From Lama glama (taxonomy: Eukaryota), in contig CM052816.1 in the NCBI GenBank assembly GCA_028534125.1, positions 68,388,001 to 68,452,000 of the forward strand: 64,000 nucleotides of DNA. The letters run 5' to 3'. The first letter of the stretch is position 1; every line of letters starts with the position of its first letter. The notes below the pieces were generated by a model. The model made no database searches, had not been told where the DNA came from, and was given only the letters and a program-made list of their open reading frames with translations. A program made the position numbers and the translations under genes. Positions 13,735-25,486 of the stretch are shown here, piece after piece.

Positions 13735-13865
13735 CAGTACCATTTACAGACTCACAAGCTCAGAGAAGTTGAACAACTTGCTAAGGGAACATATGGTTGA
13801 CAGAGCAGAAGGGGCTCCTCCAACTCCAGCCTCACTCCAAAGTCCATATTCTTTGCCATGTGTAC
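13735..13865 (+). mobile_element. MIR SINE relic
   Basis: CATTTACAGA...GCTCAGAGAAGTTGAACAACTTGCTAAGG core resembles MIR. Confidence 0.55.
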
Positions 13866-14424
13866 TGTATCCAACTGCTCTCAGCAAAAACCTGGGTGAT
13901 GGGCATGCTGGAGGCCAGCATGCACAGTAATGCACTTCTGTTTCTCAGACCTTGCTAACGTCTGAGTTTCTCTCCCCCTCTTCATACTTACATCCCCACC
14001 ACCATCTAGGGGAGGAAGCACCCCAAGCCTCCCCACCCCCCCGCCCCCAACTGCCCACTTCAAAGCCCCCTAACTGAGCCGTGAGCCCAGGATACTGTTT
14101 CTTCCTCAGGATCTCGCCCTTTATGCTCTCACCTGAGTTAGCCCTGAAGCCTGCCCTCACCCAGCACATGCATTTGCTCTAACCACATATAGGAACGCCT
14201 ACAAGAGAGAAGTCTGTCCCTCTTTCCTGAGCCGATTGCATTTTAACTACAGTCTCATTACTTTGGCCCCCCCCAAAAAAAATTTCTAGTGGTGGAATCT
14301 GGTGGTTCTGGAACAGACCTGCCGGGTCTGCTGCCAAGTGCTGGTACCCATCTCCCAGCCTGTCCACCTCTGGAACCTCTCCTTCAGCGTGGTTTCCAGC
14401 CGCTCCCGCACATCTCCTGCTAAT

Positions 14425-14439
14425 CCACTAGGGGGCAGC
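14425..14439 (+). promoter_or_regulatory. CTCF core motif
   Basis: CCACTAGGGGGCAGC matches the consensus CCASYAGRKGGCRS without mismatch. Confidence 0.6.
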
Positions 14440-15569
14440 ATTGGCAGCACAACGGGCCTGCTGAGGTCCTGCTACTCAACATACTGCCCACATTTGTTTT
14501 TCAGGCTCCATAGTCTTTCCTGGTCCTGCTGTGCCTCATACAGCCTCCTCTCCAGATAAACACTCTCTAGTTTCCGGAACATGCTGGGTTTCTTCTTACC
14601 TCCCAGCCCACACATATGATTTCCTCTCCTAAAATGTTCTTCCATCCCCAATCCCTAGCTCAGCTGGAAAATTCTTACCTGTTCACCAAGAATAGCTTCA
14701 AACAGACCTTCCTGGCTGAGACCTTCTGTTGTCTCTTCCTCTCTCCTTTCCCCCATAGCTAAGGGCATGTGTCCTGAGACCAGACTGATGGCCAGTCTTT
14801 GTCTCTCTCTGAGTTAGGAATTGAAACCCCTGGAGGCAGAGTCCCTGTCTTATCTCCAAGTCCCTGGCACTTAGCATAGTCTTTGGTATTTATAGGTGCC
14901 GGGTAAATCTTATTTATAGGAAGAGCTGGATGGACGAGTAGACAGAAAAAGTTTTTCAATTTGTTAGTGAATTTTTTTTTTTAATTTTTAGCATATGTCT
15001 CAGATTTCATTTTGCCTAGAGTTGTAGAGTGCCAGGAGAAGTCAGGAATCTGCCTGCTTCTCCACCTCCAACATGAAAACATCTCTTGGTTCCCATCCCC
15101 ACCCCACTTCCACCCCAACCAAGGGCAAAACCTTTTTTTAAAGTAATGCATACACTCAGTGAATCAAAAAACAAAAACTAAAAAAAAAAAAAAGTTAAAG
15201 CCAGGATAGATCCTTACAGATCATATTGTTCAACTTGATCATCCTGCAGGCAAGGAAAATGAGAAGACAAACCAGTGACATTTCCAACACCTCAGGAGGG
15301 AAAAACTTGATCAGGAGGGTACTAATAGAAAAAGAGGACAGCCTTGCCCTCAGAAGTCAAAGGAAGATGAAATAAACACTTAGGATCAGGCTTAAAAAAA
15401 AAAAATGTCAGAAAAGGCAAATAGGGGCAAGCCACGTGCCAGGCTCTGAGTTACCTCTGGGCTTAATGATGAGACAGCCCCAAATACAGAGTGATCCCCC
15501 ACTTTCTCAATGAGAAGATTCTAAAGTAAAAACAGGACCACTTGAATGTTTAAACTTCAGAGACGTTAA

Positions 15570-15800
15570 GGGACAGACTGGGATTTCAAAATTTGTAGAT
15601 ACTGACAGGCATATGCAGAATAGATAAGATTATACTGTATAGCACAGGGAAATATATAGAAGATCTTGTGGTAGCTCACAGCGAAAAAAAATGTGACAAT
15701 GAATATATGTACGTTCATGTATAACTGAAAACTTGTGCCCTACACTGGAATTTGACACAACATTGTAAATTGACTATAACAAAAAAAAGTCAAAAAAAAT
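15570..15800 (+). mobile_element. LINE-1 3' end fragment
   Basis: Same family as 1023-1243, ending in an A-rich tail. Confidence 0.85.
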
Positions 15801-16240
15801 TTTTTTAAAATACAGAGCTTAAAAAAAACCTCAGACATGTTGATTAAATAGTCACATGTCTACCTATAGTCCACATTTTTCAGGCTATATAGAAAACAGG
15901 AATATAGACTATTGATTTTCTTACTCATACCTTATGAAATAATTCTATCCAAATCTTCACATGCTCTTGGACAGCAGGGTCATTCCTTGTCATCACTAGC
16001 TCCCCTTTCTGAATCATCAGAGTTTTCCAGAGCTCATCCCTGTCGCTTCCATCTAGTTGTTTCAGACGCAGTGTGATGAAGCTGTCATTGGAAACAGCAT
16101 TCCAGGCCCTAAATATCCGTTGTATAATATTAACACAATTTCCCCCAATTATCTTAGAAGTGTTTATGTATCATCTCTAATGTAACCTCTTACCATTTTG
16201 TTTTTTGAAGGGGTCTTTTAAAATTTTGTTTATAATGGAA

Positions 16241-16670
16241 TCTTAAGAAGGAAAAGCCAGGCTGGACCTACTCGTAAATGTAAGTGTAACAAGTGTCGGA
16301 TTACTGATCTGAGTTCTGCTGGGCTAACTTGTAAATCTAAGTTAATAAGTGTCAGTTTGCTGATTCCCTGCTCATGTTTTTTTTTTTTGCTAGCCAGCTA
16401 AATTTTCAGAGAGACATATCTGGCCCTAGAATATTAGTTTGCTGCCTCCCTGCCTCTGCTTTTGTGATAATGATGCTGCTAACGCTGTTCCATGCCTATT
16501 GGCCGAATACCCCAAGCTTGTAATTAACCCTATAAAACCTCATGCACATATCTTGAAGGTGCTCAGAGCTCCGAGCAGAAGCCCCTCTGAGCCCACCGGC
16601 GTAATACATCTGAGTACTCCAACCCTCCGAGCGGTGCTTGTTTCTTGGCTGGCCTGTCGTTTCCGTAATA
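16241..16670 (+). mobile_element. ERV solo LTR (copy A)
   Basis: Degenerate termini TCTTAAG...CGTAATA; ATTGG box and TATAAAA at 16531; highly similar to the inverted copy at 19850-20207. Confidence 0.8.
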
Positions 16671-18849
16671 ATCAACACATTAAAAAATTGAGGTCATACC
16701 ACAGGAGTTGTTATTAAATCTTTGGTTTTATTTGTTTGTTTGTTTGTTTGTCTTTGGCTCCTTTTATGAAAATCTTCTGCTAATCTCCACAAGCTTCCCA
16801 AATTAGTATAATGGTAAATGGGTTTTTCCAAAATAGAACTTACTTTCAAAGGGAGAACCTGTAATATGAGAAACTTAGAAATTAACTACTGGGAGCTTCT
16901 TCCTTTTCTGGGAAGTGATTTTGGGGAAAATACTCCATTTCAATTCCGGAAAAAAATAAAGCGGTGTTCATCAGGCATGCCTTCCTGAAAGAAAGTAATT
17001 TTCTGTGGAATTTTGAATAAGTAATGGGCATGGGCTGGTGAGAAGGAGAGGTACTAGTGTGTGCAAATTCTTCTTAAATGAATGTTGCCTCAGTTTTCGG
17101 GGTCAGATTGAACTAGAATTCTTTTTGTAACATGAGATTAAAATTTCAGAATTGGGAAAAAGATTTTTTTTTTTTACATCTGAGCAACATCCTGATATTC
17201 CCTGCCCTACTTCCAGCCATTGGCCAAAAGTGTGATTTCATCAAAGTGTGATTTACTCAAGCAATCGAGGACCCCCCATTGCCACATCTCCATTACATTT
17301 ATCACGGCCATAGTCAGATTGATCTGCAACCCACAGTCAAGTGCCCAGGGGAGGTAATCTTGCATTTTCTACTTGCAGGACAGAAACAAGAGTGCCTGAG
17401 GCGACATCTAATCATAGATCTCTGACCTCACTTGAGGAAGTTTCAACACAGACATCCAGTCACAACCTTTTTACTGAGTTTGAGACAGCATGGAGCAGGT
17501 TTCTCTCTTCTCCAATAGAATCATGAAAGCAAGCCAGCCCTACTTCCAGACAAGGAGGCCTTGTGCAAAGTTCTGCAGGCATCAGATTCTCTCCTGATGT
17601 TATGATAAACGAAGTGTCATGATTCGATGTCACAGGCCTTCCCAGGGCCTCCCATAGCACAGAGGGAATAGTAAGAAATGAAGCAGGTAGGACAGAGAGG
17701 AGCTTGGTGATGGGGCTTGGATGAGGCCAGCGAGGTGCCCAGGCCACATGGCTGAAGGAGGCACTCACTCAGTGCCCGTGCACGACCCTGGGGGAGAACC
17801 CGCCCTGCTTGGTGACGGTGTGGCCAGCTGGAGGGGGCTGGGCTTCTTGTCATCACATGTGATTGGAAGCAGTCTAGGTTCTCCAACTGGGCAAATCAGA
17901 TTACTTTGAGAAGATAATTGTAGCACTTGAGTGAGGAACAGACAAGAGAGGGTAAAGCCTGGAATGAGAAAATGTTATGGAGAGTTTCTCTGCTGCTGCT
18001 GAAAACTGAAGGGGGCTTAGACCAGGAGGAAATAGGAAGGCCAAGGCAGCTCACAAGACATTTCAGAAGCCACTTAGCCAATCAGGTAAGAGGGAAAGGA
18101 GGTATATTTGGATAAACGAGCCAGGGAGGTGAAGAAGAGGTTACCCTATTTTTGATGCTGTTGTGGATTTTGTCCAAAGACAGGCATCTTGCAGACAGGG
18201 GAGTCTGAGGCTCTAGGTCCCTGGCGTCTGACACTGGGCCCCATCCTCACTCTTTAGAACTGGTAGGTTTCTGTCCTGGGAGGCCAGTTTATTGGTTTCA
18301 GGGGTTCATGTCCATGTCATGTCTCTGGCTGTACCTATGAGCTGAGGAGTGTGGAGCCAATAGCAAGGGAGGGTTTCCAGGGTGTGACTAGACAGGGAAC
18401 CTCACAAAGGTGTCTCTAGGCAACTACTGATTGCAAAGAGCTGAGAAACACCTCATTTCCCCTTTTAAGACAATTGTGGTCAGTACTGCTGCTAATCAAT
18501 GTCTGCCTTCATCTCTTCTTCCTAAACTGCCTAAGCCAGCTGCCTACACTCCCCAGGATCTTGCCCTGTGCCTGCAGGCCCCATCAGAGGTTCTGTTTGT
18601 GAAGAGCATCGAGGAAGATGACACTGATGGGGTAGGAAAACGTGGGACTCCTGTCCCAGACATGCTCCAGGTTCTCAGTAAAGCCAGGTTTATACCCTGC
18701 CCAAGTTCAGCTCTTCCTAGTAATACAGATAGACTCACAGAAATGAATGACTAAGGCAAGGTTACCCGTTAGAGAAAACGTGGGCTTTGGAAGAAAACCT
18801 GGCACAATTTCTCTGACCCTCATTTACCTCATCTGTAATAACAGCAATA

Positions 18850-20845
18850 AGCACACACCAACAAATTTGATCACCTAGAAGAAATTGATAAACTCCTGGA
18901 AGCACACAACCTACCAAGACTGAATCATGAAGAAACAGAAAATCTAGACAAACTGACTGCAAATAAGGTGATTGACTTGATCATCAAAAACCTCTCAACA
19001 ACAACAAATCCCAGCTCCAGATGGTGTCACTGATGAATTCTATTCAACATTCAAAGAAGAATTAATACCGATCCTTCTGAAATTCTTCCATAAAATAGAA
19101 GAGAAGGGAGCACTGCCAAATTTGCTTTACAAGGAGGCCAGGATGACCAAAACAAGACAAAGACACTCCAAGAGTATTACAAACGAACATCCCTGATGAA
19201 TGTAGATGCAAAAACCCTCAACGAAATATTAGCAAACCAAATCCAACAACACCTCAAGAGGATCATACACCATGTTCAAGTTGGATTCATTTCAGGGATG
19301 CAAAGATAGTTCAACATACACAAATCAATGTGATACACCACATGTAAAAAATGAAGGATAAAAATTATTTGACTATCTCAATAGATGCAAAAAAAGCATT
19401 TGATGGAATTCAGCACCCATTTATGATAAAAAACTCAACAAAATGGGTATAGAGGGAACATACCTCAACATTATAAAGGCGATATATGGCAATTCCACAG
19501 CTAACATTAGACCCAGTAGTAAAAAGTTGAAAGGTTTTTCACAAGATTAGGAACAAGGATGCCCACTCTTGACACTTTTATTCAACATACCATTGGAAAT
19601 CTTAGAGCAATTATGCAAGAAAGAGAAAAAAAAGGGATCCAAGTCGGAAAGGAAGAAGTAAATTGTATCTATTTGCAGATCACATGATATTTTATATAGA
19701 AAGCCCTAAAGACTCCACAAAAACTGTTAGAGCTAATCAACAAATTAAATGTGCAGGACAGAAAATCAACATATAAAAATCAGATGTGTTTCTATACAGT
19801 AATAACATACCATCAGAAAGAGAAATTAAGAACACAATCCCAATTATAATGTTACGGAAACAGCAGGCCAGCCAAGAAACAAGCACCAGTCAGAGGGTTG
19901 GAGTACTCAGGCCGGCGGGCTCAGAGGGGCTTCTGCTCGGAGCTCTGAGCACCTTCAAGATATGTGCATGAGGTTTTATAGGGTTAATTACAAGCTTGGG
20001 GTTTTTAGCCAATAGGGGGTGAACAGCTTCAGCAGCATCGCTATCACAAAAGCAGAGGCAGGGAGGCAGCAAACTGCCTCTCCAAGGCCAGATATGTCTC
20101 GCTGAAAATCCCAGCTGGCTAGCAAAAGCATGAGCAGGGAATCAGCAAACCGACACTTACTAACTTAGGTTTATGAGTTAGCCCAGCCCGGCTTTTCCTT
20201 CATAACAACTGCATCAAAAAGTAAAATACCTAGAAATAAATTTAACCTAGGAGGTGAAAAAGCTATACACTGAAAACTGTAAGACACTGATGAAAGAAAT
20301 AAGGCACAAATAAATGGAAAGAGATTCTGTGCTCATGGGTTGGCAGAATATTATTTAAATGTCCATACTACCCACAGCTGTCTAAGATTCAACATAACCC
20401 CTATCAAAATTCCAATGGCATTTTTTTTTACAGAAATAGAACCTAAAATCCTAAAGTGTGTGTGAAATCACAAAAGATCCCAAATAGCCAAAGAAAACTT
20501 GAGAAACAACAGCAAAGCTGGAGGCATCATGTTCCCTGATTTCAAGCTGTATTACAAAATTATAGTCAAAACAGTATGGTACTGGCATAAAAACAGACAC
20601 ACAAATCAATGGAACAGAATAGAGAGCCCAGAAATAAACCTATACATTTATGGTCAATTAATTTATGATAAAGGAGCCAAGAATATATAATTGGGAAAGG
20701 ACAGTCTCTTCAATAAACAGTTTTGAGGAAACTGGACAACACATGCAAAAGAATGAATCTAGATCTCCATCTTAAACCGCACACAAAAATTAACCCAAAT
20801 GGATTAAGGCTTAAATGTAAGAACTGAAACCATAAAACTCCTCAA
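18850..20845 (+). mobile_element. Degraded LINE-1 ORF2 fragment, interrupted by an LTR
   Basis: A-rich sequence with remnant RT peptides (e.g. [15 protein letters not shown]...[22 protein letters not shown]); many stops and frameshifts. Confidence 0.9.
19850..20207 (-). mobile_element. ERV solo LTR (copy B) nested in L1 ORF2
   Basis: TGTTA...TAACA termini; the L1 sequence resumes on both sides; reverse complement of copy A. Confidence 0.85.
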
Positions 20846-21515
20846 CTATATTCACATTAAGCTCCCAATCCACCCTGCAGAATACTGAAATTATGACAAT
20901 AGAAAGAGGCATTAAATGTATCAAGCACACAACTTTCTCAGACAGATCTGAATTTTACTGAAAACTAATTCCATCATTTTCTAGTGGTATGACCTTGGGC
21001 AATGTCATCTCATTAGCTCTATTTTTCTTTAAATAAAAATAATAATTGAATCTACTTCACAGAGTTGTTTTGAGGCTTAAATAAAATTAGACACATAAAA
21101 TTTTCGCATAGTGACTGGTCCATAGTAACGGCATTTAGTGTTAGTAAAGTGATACAGAAGGTAGGAAGAAAGAGCACAAAACCTGGATTTCTAGGTTTTC
21201 TTTTCTTTCTCAATCTACCTGAGGAAGACTGGGCACCAGTTAAAGGACACACATGGATGGGAGTTTTAATTTATCAGGAGGTTAGGAAAAGTTCCACTAC
21301 TGTGGCCTAAATATAATCTTAAAAGGAGATCAAACAGGCCGAGAAGGAAAGGCAGGGTGTGAAAACAGAGGCAAGGAGAGCAATGGGGGGCGGCTGTCGC
21401 TGTTCAGGAGAGAGTGGAAAGGCTTGAACTGTGACAGGGTCAGGAAGACAAAGAGGAAGGGCTAGATAGTTGAGGGTATTGATGGCATAGGATCATTAGT
21501 ATCTGGTCAAAGGTG

Positions 21516-21966
21516 TGTGGACAAGAATCACGCCTGCCATTTCAGTAAAGGAAGGACATTGCGGCCATCAAGCCATCAGCCGCTGCAGCTGCCCCTGACT
21601 GTGCACCCTGAGGGGATTCAGGATGAGAAGGGGATACCGGCCCTAGATAGTTTAGGTGCTTATCAAAGGAATGATTTCAATGAGCCCAGATTCTTGCATC
21701 TTCCCACACACTGAAAAGCACTAAAATCATTAACTTGAGATGCCTGTTTTTTGTGATTTGCAGTAATCTTCTGATATTCGACTACATTTTTTTCCCCCAA
21801 CAAAAACTCCTATACATCCTGGCGCCTCTCTTACCTTGGGAACAGCTCCCCAGAGCTATGGGAGAGGCTGTCTCCCAGGCTGCAGTTCTCAGTAAGGCCA
21901 CCACGTAACACTTAATTCTCCACTTCTAGGTTGTGCTTTTGTTTTGTTTTTTTTTTCCAGTCAACA
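21516..21966 (+). mobile_element. ERV1-class solo LTR with 4-bp TSD (GGTG)
   Basis: GGTG|TGTGGAC...GTCAACA|GGTG; shares GAGCCCARATTCTTGCATC...AAAAGCACTAAAATCATTAA with 46640-47149. Confidence 0.85.
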
Positions 21967-24900
21967 GGTGGTTTTTTCAATTTTCTTACAAAAAAGATAT
22001 CAGTGACTGGTTTCCAAGATCTGACGAATACTGACTGGGTAAAACACGAAGCTGTTGAGGCATGGCCCCGGTGGGCGGGGCGGGCTGAAGCGGACGACCC
22101 AGCTGGCCTCCAGGTCCCCCCACCTCAAAAGCTCCCGAGTACTTCCTCTCCCCACCCTCCCCTCAGCCACACAGTCCCAGGATCGCACCCAGGATCCGAC
22201 CTCACCACACCCTGCACCTCTAAATCCCTAATTCCTACTTCTCCCACAACCTCCCCTCCCAGCTCCCTCCACCATTCCCGCAGGAAAACCTCCATTTCAA
22301 CAACCAAAACCTCCCCCCTTTCTCTATCAGCTGTGTCCTCCTCTACCCTCACCCAGACTCTGTGGGTGCCTGCCTCTCACTGGAAGTCTGCACCCCGATA
22401 AACTAAGTACCTGCCTCTCCATGTAGAGTATTTTGAGGCTGACCAACATCATGACTGACCAATCGCAAATTTAAATTATTCTTTCAAGAGTGCAAGACTA
22501 TCTCTTACCTTTCCTTCACTGCTCAAAACTTCCATCATCATTTACTCTCCTGTGAGATGAGCCAGCCTCACATTCAAAATACTATTAAATTTTTTTTCAA
22601 AAAACACGATGCGCATATCTGTTGTTCTCTGGGCACTCACCATGTGCCAAGCACTGTGTTCAGCTCAGAACAATCATCTCATCATTAAATGATAAACAAT
22701 CATTTAATCTCCCCTTAGTTGAATGCAATGATACTATTCTCCCCTCCACCGATTTTATAGGTAAAGGTTTACAAAGGTCAAAGAGCTCATGAAGGGTCAC
22801 AGGTGAGCAGTCAGCAAAGCTGGGGCTGGAAACAGTTCCCCCTGCAATGCTCCTCCACACACCAAGCTGTAGCTTAAATATTGGGGGCCGCCCCTCACAG
22901 GCCCCAGCTATCGGGGGAGCATTAAATGACATAATCTTTGACCACACACAGCATAGCACCTGGCACATGTTAAACAAACATGTGCTCAGCATACTTAGCT
23001 GCTAAATGAAGCTGCCCTGCCAGGGTGCCAGGGTACTTCCCCATGCAGCCAGTTTTCTGAGTGTTGCTTCCCACCCCTGGCCCTATGGCTCCTCTTTGGT
23101 GGGCGGCTGGCCTCCTCGGCCTCCACACACAGTCAAAAGTACTTGGAAAGTTCCACACCCAGTGAGGAAGCCAGTAGCAACGAAGACGCATAAAAGAGGC
23201 AGGTTTAAGAGCATAAAAGCCCAGGACCCAGCCACTTACCTCCAGCTTCCCCTGCGGGGTCAGGCGGGTGCCGCCTTCCTCGGGACCATTTCTGAAATCC
23301 CACCCTCCTTGGCTTCTTCCCCTTCTCTATCAAGCTTCCCTTGCACCTTTCCCAGTTCCTCCCGGGAACGCCCTGGTGATAAATTTGTTACAGCTGAACT
23401 GATGCCTCAGGGTTTGCATCTGCGGAATTAACCTAAGAACCCCCTCCGCAGCACCCTGCACAGATGCAGCCGTCTCTACTCTGATGTGGCCTTGATCTAG
23501 GGTGAGAGGGGACAGGTGTGCAAGGAGGGTCTGGCTGATGGTCGGAGGCAGACTCACTCAGAGGGTCAGACTCTTTCGCCTGGCCCCCGTTTACCAAACT
23601 CGGAAAGTGCCCGTTGGGACAGCCTATTCATGCATTCCATTTAACAGCCACGCGCCCTCTGGAGTGCAGGCCGGGAGGCTGCAGCTGAACCTGCTCAGCC
23701 CTACAGGTACTGCACTGCTTCTCCACCCACAAGGCAAGCAGAGCCTTGAGCCCGCCTCCACCCGGACCCACCCTGCTTCTGCACAACTATCATTTCCCCC
23801 CTTCACTCCACATCCAATTTTGAGGGCACTGGCCTCACAATAGGTGAATTAGCTACCAGTTTGGCGTTTTCAGTTACAAAACACTTATCCAGAAAGAATC
23901 TGTACTCCAGCATGAGAAGTAAGTGAGTTTTTCAGGGACCTAAGAACATATATGTGACCTGAGAAAAATAATTATTGGCTAAAAACCAAGAAAAGAAAAT
24001 TGCAAAGATATTTAATTAAGCTGGTATAAAACACAATGTGAAATCAACTTCGTTATTTTGAAATTCATAAAAATGTCATTTTGTTTGCAAACAAGTTGCA
24101 AGTTATATTAGAATAGAGATTGCTCTCAATTCACAAGAATCTCTATAGATGGAGGATGACTGCTGAGAAATCAGTTACATATAGTTAAATAATTAAAAAA
24201 AACCAAAACATAAAAACCTTTCCAAGATGTTGACAGCACAAAAATTATAATTTATGTGAAATATGGAAATTTCACGATATTTGACAATCTGTGGGCTCCC
24301 CGGGGCCCATGAAGTTTTCTCAGAGGGCCCAGATTTTAGCACATGCTCTATGTCCCCACCTACTTTCACCAACCAACATGCCCCAACTTGTCAACCACAA
24401 TTCTGGCAGACCAGCCAGAAGTCACCCTATTTTCCTTCATGTTACAAGGGAGCAGGACATCTGACCAATCTAAGCTGAAGGGGCTGGCTGGAGCCTCGAA
24501 ATGAGAACAAGGATGAACACAGAAGGTTTTGCTAAGAGTTTGGCAGGGCTCTGGTCCTTTGGACAGAGTGGATGCTTCTATGACACTGGTGTCCCTCAGA
24601 AAGGACCAGATGGCCTGTGTTTAGGGCCCAGGTCATCCTAGGAGATGAGACAGAGCAAACCCTGAGGTCTGCAGTCCCACATCCACAATGGCTCAATGGC
24701 AAAAACAGTTAATGGTTAAATGGGTAAAAAATGGATGTTGGCCATAGGGATGAAGCCAGGAGACAGTCCAGTTTGTTGCTGTTGTAAAATAAGGAATGAG
24801 CATTCCTGGATGGTTCTCTGTGGCATGACCAAGTGTACTGAAGGGCCAGCAGGGGTCACGAGGAGCATCATGGGAGTTGGGAGGGCCCCTGGGGCCCAGC

Positions 24901-25119
24901 TGGAGGTTGATGGACCTGAGGAGCAAGCCTGCCAAGGAATGGGGAGCAAGGGCCAACCTTACACTCCAGCTGTTCCGGTCAGGGGATGGGCTCTCTGAGG
25001 ATACTGTTGAGGTGGGAAGCCCCATGAAAAAGATGGCAGGACCCCCACGCAGGGCCACTACTCTCCTGCCAGCACCATTCGGTTCCCTGGCCCAGCAGGA
25101 TTATCTCACTTTTTAACTC

Positions 25120-25486
25120 TGAAATGGCTTACTTCTAGGAAAGCGGAACTTACCCCTAAGAGTCTATTGGTTCTCTGAAATAACTCCTGATTGATCCATT
25201 TCTATCACTCCTGATTGGTCCATTTCTACAAAGCTCATTCCTAATTAGTCACCTTTGTTACATCTTATTTGCATATGATGTTGCAAAGTATAGACTGGCA
25301 GCCTATAAAAGCCTGTGTAAACCTACAGACGGGGTCCAGAGCTTGGAGTGTTAACTCCTCTGGGCCCACTGGCGTAATAAACCTGAGTTCTCCAATTCTC
25401 CGAGTGCTGCTTGTTCTCTTGCCTTGATCCAGGTTGCTGTTGCAACTGAGCTGTAACACTGAGCTGTAACACACTTTTCTACAACA
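25120..25486 (+). mobile_element. ERV LTR related in its 3' module to copies A and B
   Basis: Duplicated CTCCTGATTG(A/G)TCCATTTCTA, TATAAAA near 25304, CTCTGGGCCCACTGGCGTAATAAACCTGAGT polyA module, ends ACAACA. 5' boundary uncertain. Confidence 0.7.

Noticed and set aside
16439..20072. Two similar short ORFs (MLPPCLCFCD...) suggesting a duplicated small gene
   Set aside because: Both lie in copies of the same LTR and start at non-ATG codons; the similarity comes from the repeat.
21931..22401. 156 aa Ser/Pro/Thr-rich ORF
   Set aside because: Starts inside an LTR end at a non-ATG codon and reflects C-rich low complexity.
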